A stretch of DNA of 64,000 nucleotides from a virus. Lineage: Duplodnaviria > Caudoviricetes. Numbering within the stretch: the stretch's first letter is position 1; each line of letters starts with the position of its first letter. The DNA lies in the IMG/VR virus record IMGVR_UViG_3300017432_000006, positions 1 to 64,000 of that record. The stretch is one strand, 5' to 3'. Positions 55,994-63,081 of the stretch are shown one piece after another. A program made the position numbers and the translations under genes. The notes beneath the pieces are model-generated. The model saw nothing but the letters and a program-made list of their open reading frames with translations, searched no databases and had not been told where the DNA came from.

Positions 55994-56262
55994 TGCCTAA
56001 GCACACATATACAGAACTTGTAGCCGCCGGTGCGCCGGAACTACCATTTCAGCACTACTACGAGGTATCTCGACTGATTGACCCGGACCTGCCGGACTAC
56101 CAAGTTATTATCTACAACAACGACCTGTATAAAGCATCTTCGCTACCTTTCGGGCACTTGAGCATGGAAAAAGTTGTTATCGCTTGCGCACAGGCTCATC
56201 GTTACATGTTGGCGGATATAAAGAAGCGACGAGGAGAATCCGAATGGCTGGGCCGGTACTGA
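55993..56262 (+). CDS. Hypothetical protein
   Basis: MPKHTYTELVAAGAPELP...; TAATG overlap. Confidence 0.6.
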   Translation: MPKHTYTELVAAGAPELPFQHYYEVSRLIDPDLPDYQVIIYNNDLYKASSLPFGHLSMEKVVIACAQAHRYMLADIKKRRGESEWLGRY

Positions 56263-56417
56263 TCGAGTGGGACATATACGAGTACCAGCCGGGTTGTTGG
56301 ATTGCTTTTGCCTGGATAGGTCATGGTCTACAAGCAACAGTGATGGGCCGCAACCGTCCGATCTTCGACATTAGAGTAAGACTATGGAACATTTACCTGC
56401 ATTGGAAGAATCGATGA
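56244..56417 (+). CDS. Hypothetical Trp-rich protein
   Basis: MAGPVLIEW... with GAGGAG RBS. Confidence 0.55.
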   Translation: MAGPVLIEWDIYEYQPGCWIAFAWIGHGLQATVMGRNRPIFDIRVRLWNIYLHWKNR

Positions 56418-56602
56418 AAAAGAAGTTTGACGCAAAAGAAGTTCTTCACGCGATGGTCATTCTTTCAACCATAAACCCATCTGTGGACAAGACCCTTTTT
56501 TCAAAGGCAGAGATTAAGGTTTGGAACAAGTTGCATTCAGTAGGTGCGCGCGGTGGGGAGTTCGTTGCGGACGAGCACACCGTTGTCACGTATGAAGACT
56601 GA
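56414..56602 (+). CDS. Hypothetical protein
   Basis: MKKKFDAKEV...; ATGA overlap. Confidence 0.55.
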   Translation: MKKKFDAKEVLHAMVILSTINPSVDKTLFSKAEIKVWNKLHSVGARGGEFVADEHTVVTYED

Positions 56603-56816
56603 GTGCTTGACGTGTGACACACACGGGCCGGAAGAGTCGAAGACATTGGCGCAGTTCCTAGAACTACACCGTGCCATGCACGACATTTTTAGAGAAGTAA
56701 TTAGACCAGTAGAGAGGTTAGTAGAATGGCTATCAGCACAACACAGACTTTCCCCCAGAACAGTTACGAACTTAGATTTTACGGAAAGACGAAGCAAGAA
56801 GTCATCAACGAGTTGA
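56592..56816 (+). CDS. Hypothetical CxxC protein
   Basis: MKTECLTCDTH...; long overlap with the next ORF makes the 3' part uncertain. Confidence 0.4.
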   Translation: MKTECLTCDTHGPEESKTLAQFLELHRAMHDIFREVIRPVERLVEWLSAQHRLSPRTVTNLDFTERRSKKSSTS

Positions 56817-56989
56817 ACAAATACCTCACAGAGACACCACGAATCGTTCAGTGGGTGCCAAGAGAACTACAGAAAATAGACCTTGGAAGCAATTTTGTTG
56901 TATCCGACGAGTACAATCTTGCTGTAGATTTCGTCAGAGTAAGTAACGTGGTTCGTAACGCGGACGGAACCGCCGGGTTGCAAGAGTGA
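56726..56989 (+). CDS. Hypothetical protein
   Basis: 87 aa, GAGAGG RBS. Confidence 0.55.
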   Translation: MAISTTQTFPQNSYELRFYGKTKQEVINELNKYLTETPRIVQWVPRELQKIDLGSNFVVSDEYNLAVDFVRVSNVVRNADGTAGLQE

Positions 56990-57336
56990 ACGACAGACAA
57001 CTATTAGTACTGGCACTTAACCAGTTAGAAAATCTTGTCGCTATTCATAACTCAGTCGAGTTCGATGACCAAGTAGACATTGATTTGCAGGCAAAGGCAG
57101 TTAAGACGTTTACGGCATATGTCGAGAACGTACGCGCCGCGGCGGGATTGTGTGTAACAGGGTGCGATGATGATTGTGAGTCCCTATGTCACGAAGAGCA
57201 CGAAATCGCTGGGATCGCCCATAAGACAGTAGCAGCAACAATGAGACTAGTAAACATTAACGACGAAGGCCAGTACAACTCTACTATCGAGAATCAGTTG
57301 AGAACGCTAGAAGAACTGCTGGCTAACCTACTCTAA
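56986..57336 (+). CDS. Hypothetical protein (last plus-strand gene)
   Basis: 116 aa with a CVTGCDDDCESLCHEEH Cys cluster. Confidence 0.6.
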   Translation: MNDRQLLVLALNQLENLVAIHNSVEFDDQVDIDLQAKAVKTFTAYVENVRAAAGLCVTGCDDDCESLCHEEHEIAGIAHKTVAATMRLVNINDEGQYNSTIENQLRTLEELLANLL

Positions 57337-57455
57337 CCGGGGCTTCGTTACCAATTTGTTACCTAATTTGCAGATTCAAAATTTTAGTATGCGGGAATTA
57401 CTAACGGATGGTGTCTGGAAAGCATAAAAGGCATTTCCAATTAGTGCGCACATAA

Positions 57456-57483
57456 GAGCAGTTTTAATTCATGCTCAGGAATT
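57456..57483 (-). ncRNA. Post-stop H-type pseudoknot element, copy 1
   Basis: AAUUC-CUGAGCAU-GAAUU-AAAAC-UGCUC. Confidence 0.7.
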
Positions 57484-57487
57484 GTTT

Positions 57488-57649
57488 TCAGTTGATTCGC
57501 GCCCCCGGAAGAAAGTCATTCATTCCGAAAGTAGAAACCCAACCATCCTCCATCGTGAATGTGATTGTCTCACCATCAAAAGAAACAACGGCCTGAGTAA
57601 CCTTGAATCCGCTGATGATATCACCAACGAGAATCTGCGAAGCCTTCAT
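57488..57649 (-). CDS. Small beta-barrel-like protein (53 aa)
   Basis: Hand translation MKASQILVGDIISGFKVT...; AAAGGA RBS. Confidence 0.7.
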   Translation of the reverse strand: MKASQILVGDIISGFKVTQAVVSFDGETITFTMEDGWVSTFGMNDFLPGARIN

Positions 57650-57677
57650 TTCAATTCCTTTGTTCGATGGGGAGGGG

Positions 57678-57706
57678 TGGGAAGTTTAAAGACATTCCCA
57701 GGTCTT
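57678..57706 (-). ncRNA. Post-stop H-type pseudoknot element, copy 2
   Basis: AAGAC-CUGGGAAU-GUCUU-UAAAC-UUCCCA. Confidence 0.7.
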
Positions 57707-57716
57707 AGAACTTAGA

Positions 57717-57950
57717 TCAGAGGAACTTGCCGGAAGCGGTGAGAAGCATTCCGCAAGAAACGCACTTGTGAGCCCCAACAGAAGCCTTGAAGTGCATATC
57801 CCCACCACACTTACAGGTCTCCGTACCGTGCTCACCAGAGCGCGTGTACTCGTCACGGATAGCGGCCACCTCATAGCCGTGCTCATCCGTACCCGCGTAG
57901 GTGGTGTGGGCGCGAGCAACAGCGGCGGCGAACCAGGGGTTGTGCTTCAT
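57717..57950 (-). CDS. Zn-ribbon protein (77 aa)
   Basis: MKHNPW...CKCGG...HKCVSCG; start set by cassette RBS GGAGAGG. Confidence 0.7.
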   Translation of the reverse strand: MKHNPWFAAAVARAHTTYAGTDEHGYEVAAIRDEYTRSGEHGTETCKCGGDMHFKASVGAHKCVSCGMLLTASGKFL

Positions 57951-58022
57951 GACTGCCTCTCCGTTGGGGGACCCTCCCCCTTCCTTGTGCCTTAAGTCTA
58001 TGGCATACAGGCACAGTGTCAA
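57951..58022 (-). promoter_or_regulatory. Early promoter-leader cassette A
   Basis: TTGACA-16-TAGACT ... ACAAGGAAGGGGGAGGGTCCCCCAACGGAGAGGCAGTC-ATG. Confidence 0.75.
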
Positions 58023-58043
58023 GCCCAAACAGCAAAATCCCCA

Positions 58044-58078
58044 ATGAATTTTCATGCATGGGTGTGCATGATCATGCA
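58044..58078. promoter_or_regulatory. CATG double-palindrome element, copy 1
   Basis: ATGAATTTTCATGCATG...GCATGATCATGC. Confidence 0.7.
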
Positions 58079-58087
58079 GTGTCCGTA

Positions 58088-58218
58088 ATGTCCGATTTGT
58101 CCCTTTTGCCCTAGAGTGACTGCTGGCACTTTCAGAATGTCCGTTTTGTCCCTGCCAGGGTCAATGTCCGATTTGTCCCCCGCCCCATGGGCGGTATCCC
58201 ATATGTCCGTTTTGTCCT
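58088..58218. repeat. Four 16-bp direct repeats ATGTCCG(A/T)TTTGTCC(C/T), iteron-like
   Basis: Copies at 58088, 58137, 58164, 58203. Confidence 0.85.
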
Positions 58219-58292
58219 AGGTTGTACTGATATATCCTGACATATCGTGATTTGGCCCTGTTGTCCCTTTACCACAAAGGCCGGGGATGGTG

Positions 58293-58321
58293 AGGGTAGT
58301 TTAGCCACATACCCTAGGTGG
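58293..58321 (-). ncRNA. Post-stop H-type pseudoknot element, copy 3
   Basis: CCAC-CUAGGGUAU-GUGG-CUAAAC-UACCCU. Confidence 0.65.
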
Positions 58322-58326
58322 TAGTA

Positions 58327-58467
58327 TCACAGATTCCAGATAGATTCGATTGTCTCTAGCGTAGCCTCATAAGCCTCAGCCTCTTTGATGTTTCCTTCCT
58401 CCCGGCATTCCTCAGCACACTCAGAAATCATCTTGTGAAGCCGGTTAGCCTTTTCGTCAAAAGCCAT
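58327..58467 (-). CDS. Small acidic helical protein (46 aa)
   Basis: Hand translation MAFDEKANRLHKMISECAEEC...IWNL. Confidence 0.65.
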   Translation of the reverse strand: MAFDEKANRLHKMISECAEECREEGNIKEAEAYEATLETIESIWNL

Positions 58468-58503
58468 TGTTTGTCCTGTCTGTGAGAAAGGGCGGGGGAT
58501 TGG

Positions 58504-58532
58504 TGGGCAGTTTTACTACTTACCCAGGTAGT
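58504..58532 (-). ncRNA. Post-stop H-type pseudoknot element, copy 4
   Basis: ACUAC-CUGGGUAA-GUAGU-AAAAC-UGCCCA. Confidence 0.7.
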
Positions 58533-58537
58533 CCTAA

Positions 58538-58711
58538 CTAGGAAGCGATACGGACGATGCGACGGCGGGTGATCTGGAACTTAGAGATGCAGTTATCACC
58601 AGTAAGGGTAATCACCTTCCCCGTCTCCATGGAACGTGCCTCACCGTAACCCAGGAATTCGAAGTGCTCGCCATTGGTGTAACGGATGAGGACGGTACCG
58701 ACGGTCTTCAT
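58538..58711 (-). CDS. Hypothetical protein (57 aa)
   Basis: MKTVGTVLIRY...; start set by cassette B. Confidence 0.65.
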   Translation of the reverse strand: MKTVGTVLIRYTNGEHFEFLGYGEARSMETGKVITLTGDNCISKFQITRRRIVRIAS

Positions 58712-58784
58712 GATTCCCTCTCCGGTTGGGGTCTTTCCCCTCCCTGTAAGCACCATGGTAGTAGGGGTTGGGGGAGTCTGTCTA
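58712..58784 (-). promoter_or_regulatory. Early promoter-leader cassette B
   Basis: TAGACA-18-TACCAT ... ACAGGGAGGGGAAAGACCCCAACCGGAGAGGGAATC-ATG. Confidence 0.75.
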
Positions 58785-59260
58785 CTCGAAACGGCAAGAT
58801 TTTTGTACTGACTTTTGTACCGGGTCACCGCCCGCAGGGTGGTTGCGTGTTCAACCAAATGTGTTGTGTGAGAATGGTTTTCAGCAATAGTGGAAACGGC
58901 GGGTGTTAGTCAGGGTTAGTCATATCCCTAATGTAGTAACTAACAGAGGTGTATTCCCTAGACAAAGAATTGCGGTACTCAATTGCAGCGGCATGTGTAT
59001 CGAATGGTCCATACACATCAGCAGGGTATCCATAAATGGTAGCGACAATGCAGCACATGCGGTAAATCCTTTCGTTTTGTGGGGTATTTGCGGAATTAAT
59101 TGCGGAAAATGGCCGAATTTGCGGAAAAAGGGGCGCTATATGTAAAAAACCAATGCCTAAAAATCGGCTGTCACAGAATTTTTGTTCAACAATTCATTTT
59201 TGTCACATGAATGCTAACCTTGTTCATCTACACGTTCGGTGCGCTATATCTTCGACCTTT

Positions 59261-59449
59261 TCAGTAAACCGTCCGGTAGTCCGTTATCTCTATCACTGTG
59301 GTATGTACTTCAATAGGATCGCTAGGGGTTGCTATCTCTTCCCGCGTCTCCCGCGCCGCCTGTAATGTTGGGTATTGCTGCCCACCGAACCAAATGCTTT
59401 CTTGTCTCACTGTGGGACGTTTGCTGTAAGTGCTTTCTATCTCATTCAT
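59261..59449 (-). CDS. Hypothetical protein
   Basis: MNEIESTYSKRP...; TGATG overlap with the upstream micro-ORF. Confidence 0.6.
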   Translation of the reverse strand: MNEIESTYSKRPTVRQESIWFGGQQYPTLQAARETREEIATPSDPIEVHTTVIEITDYRTVY

Positions 59450-59592
59450 CAAACCCCGCCCGTCCGGCTGTAGTCGAATAGCGCCTTCTCTAGATACTTA
59501 CACATATCACGATACTCAATTAAGTTCTTTCGTGCTTCGTAAAAGGTGTGTAGTGCAAAATACTCTGAATCATTGTTAATAAGGCTTGCCAC
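59449..59592 (-). CDS. Hypothetical protein (47 aa), paralog of 59682..59840
   Basis: Hand translation MASLINNDSEYFALHTFY... Confidence 0.55.
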   Translation of the reverse strand: MASLINNDSEYFALHTFYEARKNLIEYRDMCKYLEKALFDYSRTGGV

Positions 59593-59593
59593 T

Positions 59594-59680
59594 TCAACCC
59601 CGCGCCTTTTCTACATTGACACCAGTAACAATGAATCCGTAGGCAATGTTCTCCCGAGTCTCAATCTCTTCAACATTCAT
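59594..59680 (-). CDS. Micro-ORF (28 aa)
   Basis: MNVEEIETRENIAYGFIVTGVNVEKARG, tightly coupled on both sides. Confidence 0.45.
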   Translation of the reverse strand: MNVEEIETRENIAYGFIVTGVNVEKARG

Positions 59681-59681
59681 T

Positions 59682-59840
59682 TCAACCCCGCGCCTCATCG
59701 TAGTTGTCAATAGCCGTAGCGACCATCATTCGCATATCCCGCACATCATCCCGGCGCATTCCGTCAAGCATTCCGAGGAACATCTTTGCAGCGTCATACT
59801 CAGCGTCATTGTTGATGAATGCCCTAGGCTGATAAACCAT
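59682..59840 (-). CDS. Hypothetical protein (52 aa)
   Basis: MVYQPRAFINNDAEYDAAKMF... Confidence 0.6.
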   Translation of the reverse strand: MVYQPRAFINNDAEYDAAKMFLGMLDGMRRDDVRDMRMMVATAIDNYDEARG

Positions 59841-59841
59841 C

Positions 59842-59928
59842 TTAACCCCGCCGATTCTTGAGAATGTCCCTAATGTCAAGCAATAGCCAACAGATAACCA
59901 CTAGCAGAAAGAAGATACCAACGTCCAT
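59842..59928 (-). CDS. Single-pass membrane micro-protein (28 aa)
   Basis: MDVGIFFLLVVICWLLLDIRDILKNRRG. Confidence 0.55.
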   Translation of the reverse strand: MDVGIFFLLVVICWLLLDIRDILKNRRG

Positions 59929-59965
59929 CCTAACCCCGCCTTTTCGTTGTTGTGCGCTATTGGTG

Positions 59966-59996
59966 TGGGCCTTTTACCGACAATGCCCAGGTCTAT
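59966..59996 (-). ncRNA. Post-stop H-type pseudoknot element, copy 5
   Basis: GAC-CUGGGCAUU-GUC-GGUAAAAG-GCCCA. Confidence 0.6.
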
Positions 59997-60000
59997 TCAC

Positions 60001-60162
60001 TTACTTGTCCCAACGAATGTTCGTCTTAACCCATTCACGCATTCCCTCGTCACCCTCAGAAAGCATCTTCTCATAAAGGTCAATCATTGCGGCCTGATAG
60101 CCATTCATGTGCCACTTTGTCTGAGTAGTACCATTGGGGGCGTAAGCGGGAACAACGCGCAT
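60001..60162 (-). CDS. Hypothetical protein (53 aa)
   Basis: Hand translation MRVVPAYAPNGTTQTKWHMNGYQAAMIDL... Confidence 0.65.
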   Translation of the reverse strand: MRVVPAYAPNGTTQTKWHMNGYQAAMIDLYEKMLSEGDEGMREWVKTNIRWDK

Positions 60163-60201
60163 TGTTTCGGCCTTTTCTGTGAATGGTGCCGGGGTTTTGG
60201 T

Positions 60202-60233
60202 GGGGCCTTTTAGAATGTCATGCCCAGGACATT
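60202..60233 (-). ncRNA. Post-stop H-type pseudoknot element, copy 6
   Basis: AAUGUC-CUGGGCAU-GACAUU-CUAAAAG-GCCCC. Confidence 0.7.
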
Positions 60234-60240
60234 TGCTGAA

Positions 60241-60405
60241 TCAGTAAACAGTGACGAACAAATCACGCTGACGGTGAATCCGCTGAGTCTTTCCGTCAGC
60301 CGCAACAAAGAGGATCGTAACAAAGTCACTGTAACGGTGCGCGGCGGTCACCGTACCCTCATCGATGACGTCCCCGGCCTCAAGGTCCCAAACGATCTTC
60401 TTCAT
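60241..60405 (-). CDS. Small beta-barrel-like protein (54 aa), paralog of 63299..63478
   Basis: Hand translation MKKIVWDLEAGDVIDEGTVTAAHRYSDFVTILF... Confidence 0.7.
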   Translation of the reverse strand: MKKIVWDLEAGDVIDEGTVTAAHRYSDFVTILFVAADGKTQRIHRQRDLFVTVY

Positions 60406-60479
60406 GATTCCCTCTCCGTCCGGGGGACGTTCCCCCTTCCTTGTAAGACCTAGCGTACACCATCTAGGGGCGTGGTCAA
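60406..60479 (-). promoter_or_regulatory. Early promoter-leader cassette C
   Basis: TTGACC-16-TACGCT ... ACAAGGAAGGGGGAACGTCCCCCGGACGGAGAGGGAATC-ATG. Confidence 0.7.
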
Positions 60480-60515
60480 CCCCAAACCGCGCGGGTCAGT
60501 GTGACGTGCATCACA

Positions 60516-60662
60516 TCACGGACGGTCAACGAACCTAACCGTAAATTCCTCCGTATCATTAGACTTACTGACATTCTCATAAGCATCATCAATGTCGTCA
60601 AAGGGCCCGGTAATTCCGAGAATAAAAGCGTTCTTTGCGTCCTGCTTAACGATAACGTACAT
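60516..60662 (-). CDS. Hypothetical protein (48 aa)
   Basis: Hand translation MYVIVKQDAKNAFILGITGPFDDIDDAY... Confidence 0.6.
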   Translation of the reverse strand: MYVIVKQDAKNAFILGITGPFDDIDDAYENVSKSNDTEEFTVRFVDRP

Positions 60663-60670
60663 TCTACTAA

Positions 60671-60883
60671 TCACTCACCCTCACGATAGACAATGGTGTC
60701 GGAAGTGTCATACTCGGGAACACGAACAGGATTCATCCAAATGCTGCGTCGAACGTCAGCATTCCTTGACAGCAATTCATCACGCAATCCCCGCCGGGCG
60801 GCAATCAAAGGGCCTACACAATCGCGCGGGACTCGAACGTGCCAGATACCAAAACCGTTAGCCCAGGTGGTAACCATCGTCAT
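60671..60883 (-). CDS. Hypothetical protein
   Basis: 70 aa, AGCAGGA RBS. Confidence 0.65.
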   Translation of the reverse strand: MTMVTTWANGFGIWHVRVPRDCVGPLIAARRGLRDELLSRNADVRRSIWMNPVRVPEYDTSDTIVYREGE

Positions 60884-60908
60884 TCCTGCTTTCTTTGTAG
60901 GTAATGGT

Positions 60909-60938
60909 GGGGCCTTTTACAGACATGCCCGGGTCTAT
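60909..60938 (-). ncRNA. Post-stop H-type pseudoknot element, copy 7
   Basis: AUAGAC-CCGGGCAU-GUCUGU-AAAAG-GCCCC. Confidence 0.7.
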
Positions 60939-60948
60939 TGTTCGGATA

Positions 60949-61254
60949 TCACATAAAACGCATCATTGCACGGTCAAGACGAGCCATCTTCTCATCGAAA
61001 GACAGTTCGACACTGGCAAGAATCATTGCGCGATAACGGGCGCCGATCTTTCGGTTGGTCTCCCGCGCGTCCCGCGCCGCCCACTCAGCCTGCCGCGCGC
61101 TAGCCACCGTGGCGCACGTTCCAGCGTGGTCCCCACGGCTGTAGTAACCAGAAGCGTACTCAGCGGAGAGGTTAACCGTAGCACCGAAGCACGTTCCGAC
61201 CATGGTGCCACACTCAGCGCACGCCCGGACACTGTGAACACGATTCGTCGCCAT
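60949..61254 (-). CDS. Hypothetical protein with CxxC
   Basis: MATNRVHSVRACAECG...; start set by cassette D. Confidence 0.7.
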   Translation of the reverse strand: MATNRVHSVRACAECGTMVGTCFGATVNLSAEYASGYYSRGDHAGTCATVASARQAEWAARDARETNRKIGARYRAMILASVELSFDEKMARLDRAMMRFM

Positions 61255-61325
61255 GGTGCTCCCTCCCGGTAGGGTCCCTCCCTGCCGTTGGGTCAAGTAT
61301 AGGCACGGCAGGGAGGGGCGGTCAA
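61255..61325 (-). promoter_or_regulatory. Early promoter-leader cassette D
   Basis: TTGACC-18-TATACT ... ACGGCAGGGAGGGACCCTACCGGGAGGGAGCACC-ATG; the spacer is complementary to the leader over 13 bp. Confidence 0.8.
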
Positions 61326-61358
61326 CCCGAACGAACAACTACTTTGGGTGACTGCCGA

Positions 61359-61718
61359 TCACTCAAAGTCAAACGAGGGACGACGAATGCTGTAACCGGC
61401 AATTCGGTAATCGGGAAGCCCGGCAATCTGAGAAAGCACAGAATCAACCTCGAAAACATCGAGCCAACCGATAACATCACCAGTGACCGGGGTTCCATAG
61501 GTAATGTCACCATCCTCATTCAGAACAGCAATCTCCCAAAGACCATCCCGACCACCATAACTACCAGAGTGAGAAATGATAGAAGCGGCAAAACCGTTCT
61601 CAAAAAGAATGACAATTCGCTTACTGTTGGGAATGCCGTCAATAGCGCCCGCCTCAATCACAACACCATTGTTGTGAAGGGTAAGCATGTTTCCGGTGAT
61701 GGTGGCGAGAGCAGACAT
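61359..61718 (-). CDS. Conserved phage hypothetical protein
   Basis: FENGFAASII...SYGGRDGLWEIAVL...YGTPVTGDVIGWL, a widespread phage family. Confidence 0.8.
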   Translation of the reverse strand: MSALATITGNMLTLHNNGVVIEAGAIDGIPNSKRIVILFENGFAASIISHSGSYGGRDGLWEIAVLNEDGDITYGTPVTGDVIGWLDVFEVDSVLSQIAGLPDYRIAGYSIRRPSFDFE

Positions 61719-61749
61719 TGTTTTTCCTTTCCAAGAATGGCCGGGGGAT

Positions 61750-61777
61750 TGGGCCTTTTTGTATCTTGCCCAGGATA
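61750..61777 (-). ncRNA. Post-stop H-type pseudoknot element, copy 8
   Basis: UAUC-CUGGGCAA-GAUA-CAAAAAG-GCCCA. Confidence 0.65.
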
Positions 61778-61783
61778 TTTAGA

Positions 61784-61921
61784 TCAGTAGCAGTGAATGC
61801 ACTCGTGATCGGGGTTACCAATCGCGGCAATGCAATCCATCATCCCGAAGAAGTCATCAGCGTGCTCATCCTCGGGACCGAACTTTGCCGGGTCATCCTC
61901 GAAGTCAAAGTCAAAAGCCAT
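61784..61921 (-). CDS. Acidic Cys/His mini-protein (45 aa)
   Basis: MAFDFDFEDD...DCIAAIGNPDHECIHCY; start set by cassette E. Confidence 0.65.
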   Translation of the reverse strand: MAFDFDFEDDPAKFGPEDEHADDFFGMMDCIAAIGNPDHECIHCY

Positions 61922-61997
61922 GATTTCCTCTCCGGTCCGGGGGTCCGTCCCCCTTCCTTGTGTCTTTAGAGTAAGCCATGGGGAGGGGTAGGTGCAA
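61922..61997 (-). promoter_or_regulatory. Early promoter-leader cassette E
   Basis: TTGCAC-18-TACTCT ... ACAAGGAAGGGGGACGGACCCCCGGACCGGAGAGGAAATC-ATG. Confidence 0.75.
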
Positions 61998-62016
61998 GCC
62001 GAAACCGAAGATTTTT

Positions 62017-62058
62017 CCCATGAATTTTCATGCATGGTGGCGCATGATCATGCATGGG
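62017..62058. promoter_or_regulatory. CATG double-palindrome element, copy 2
   Basis: CCCATGAATTTTCATGCATGG...GCATGATCATGCATGGG. Confidence 0.7.
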
Positions 62059-62068
62059 CCGGGGAGGT

Positions 62069-62096
62069 TAGGCAGTTTATTCACATACCTAGGTGA
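62069..62096 (-). ncRNA. Post-stop H-type pseudoknot element, copy 9
   Basis: UCAC-CUAGGUAU-GUGA-AUAAAC-UGCCUA. Confidence 0.65.
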
Positions 62097-62101
62097 GAAT
62101 G

Positions 62102-62524
62102 TCACCCAAAGAAATCCGGCAGGGCAACCGGGTCATTCATGGTGCCATTCTTGAAGTTGTAAAGCACCCAAGCCGTGCGACCATTCCCGTCAGTGAACGG
62201 GTGAATCCAAAGAAACTCCTTAATCCATTCATCGACAGTAAGGTCATTGCCATGCACGATAAGGCCAGAAACAAGCCGAACAACATCAGCGGCATTTGCA
62301 GCCGTACCACCATTGGCAAAGGTAACCGGCGTCTTTCGGTAAACCCCGCCATTGTCCGGCTCAACAATACCGGCAAGAATAGCGATGCTGCCCATCGTGA
62401 TATCGGCGGGAGAAAGCGAAGAAGCGTACTCGTAACCCCGAATCAGTGTCCAAAGGCGCTCAATTCCAACGTGCTGCCGCTCGCACTCAATAGCAGCCGC
62501 AGAAGCAATCGCGTGAATGTTCAT
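62102..62524 (-). CDS. Fic/Doc-family protein (minimal)
   Basis: YRKTPV...HPFTDGNGRTAW Fic motif. Confidence 0.85.
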   Translation of the reverse strand: MNIHAIASAAAIECERQHVGIERLWTLIRGYEYASSLSPADITMGSIAILAGIVEPDNGGVYRKTPVTFANGGTAANAADVVRLVSGLIVHGNDLTVDEWIKEFLWIHPFTDGNGRTAWVLYNFKNGTMNDPVALPDFFG

Positions 62525-62558
62525 CGAATTCTCTTTCTGTCGTTTTCGGGAATGGGTG

Positions 62559-62588
62559 TGGGCCTTTTAACATCATGCCCAGGATGTT
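62559..62588 (-). ncRNA. Post-stop H-type pseudoknot element, copy 10
   Basis: AACAUC-CUGGGCAU-GAUGUU-AAAAG-GCCCA. Confidence 0.7.
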
Positions 62589-62592
62589 TGAA

Positions 62593-62736
62593 TCAAGCCA
62601 TAGAACGGAAGTCAACCATGTGGGTAAGATTTCCATTCTGAATCTTGCACCAGCCAAAAACAAATTCAATGACAGTACCGGTGCGAGTCATTCCCGAAAG
62701 GTCGCGCCCGACGATCTTGTCACCAATGTTCGGCAT
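62593..62736 (-). CDS. Small SH3-like protein (47 aa)
   Basis: MPNIGDKIVGRDLSGMTRTGTVIE...; start set by cassette F. Confidence 0.65.
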   Translation of the reverse strand: MPNIGDKIVGRDLSGMTRTGTVIEFVFGWCKIQNGNLTHMVDFRSMA

Positions 62737-62810
62737 GATTTCCTCTCCGGGGGAAGGTCCCTCCCTCCCCCTGCAAGCACAAGGGTAACGGTCTGGGGGA
62801 GGGTTGTCTA
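62737..62810 (-). promoter_or_regulatory. Early promoter-leader cassette F
   Basis: TAGACA-17-TACCCT ... GCAGGGGGAGGGAGGGACCTTCCCCCGGAGAGGAAATC-ATG. Confidence 0.75.
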
Positions 62811-62828
62811 CTCGAACGGCAACTTTTT

Positions 62829-62866
62829 CCCATGAATTTTCATGCACGACCATGCATGATCATGCG
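62829..62866. promoter_or_regulatory. CATG double-palindrome element, copy 3
   Basis: CCCATGAATTTTCATGCACGACCATGCATGATCATGCG. Confidence 0.7.
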
Positions 62867-62891
62867 CGACGCTGAGTGTCTTTGATCCTCG

Positions 62892-63077
62892 TTACTTCTT
62901 CCTGTAAGACGCGCGAATGATGACGATAGCGGCAACAATACCGATAACGAGATTGACACCAATAGGCATCATGACAACCGCCGGGGATAGGGTGAACATC
63001 GTCAGAATACCGGCAATGATCATACCAGCGAAAACATAGCACCCAACAATAATGATACCGGCGGCTGTATTGCTCAT
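62892..63077 (-). CDS. Two-helix membrane protein (61 aa)
   Basis: MSNTAAGIIIVGCYVFAGMIIAGIL...IVIIRASYRKK; start moved from the track value. Confidence 0.65.
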   Translation of the reverse strand: MSNTAAGIIIVGCYVFAGMIIAGILTMFTLSPAVVMMPIGVNLVIGIVAAIVIIRASYRKK

Positions 63078-63081
63078 TGTA

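Noticed and set aside
62069-62104. Pseudoknots as stop-codon read-through stimulators
   Set aside because: In the case checked (Fic gene) read-through meets another stop after six codons, and several copies have no downstream gene. The other copies were not all checked.
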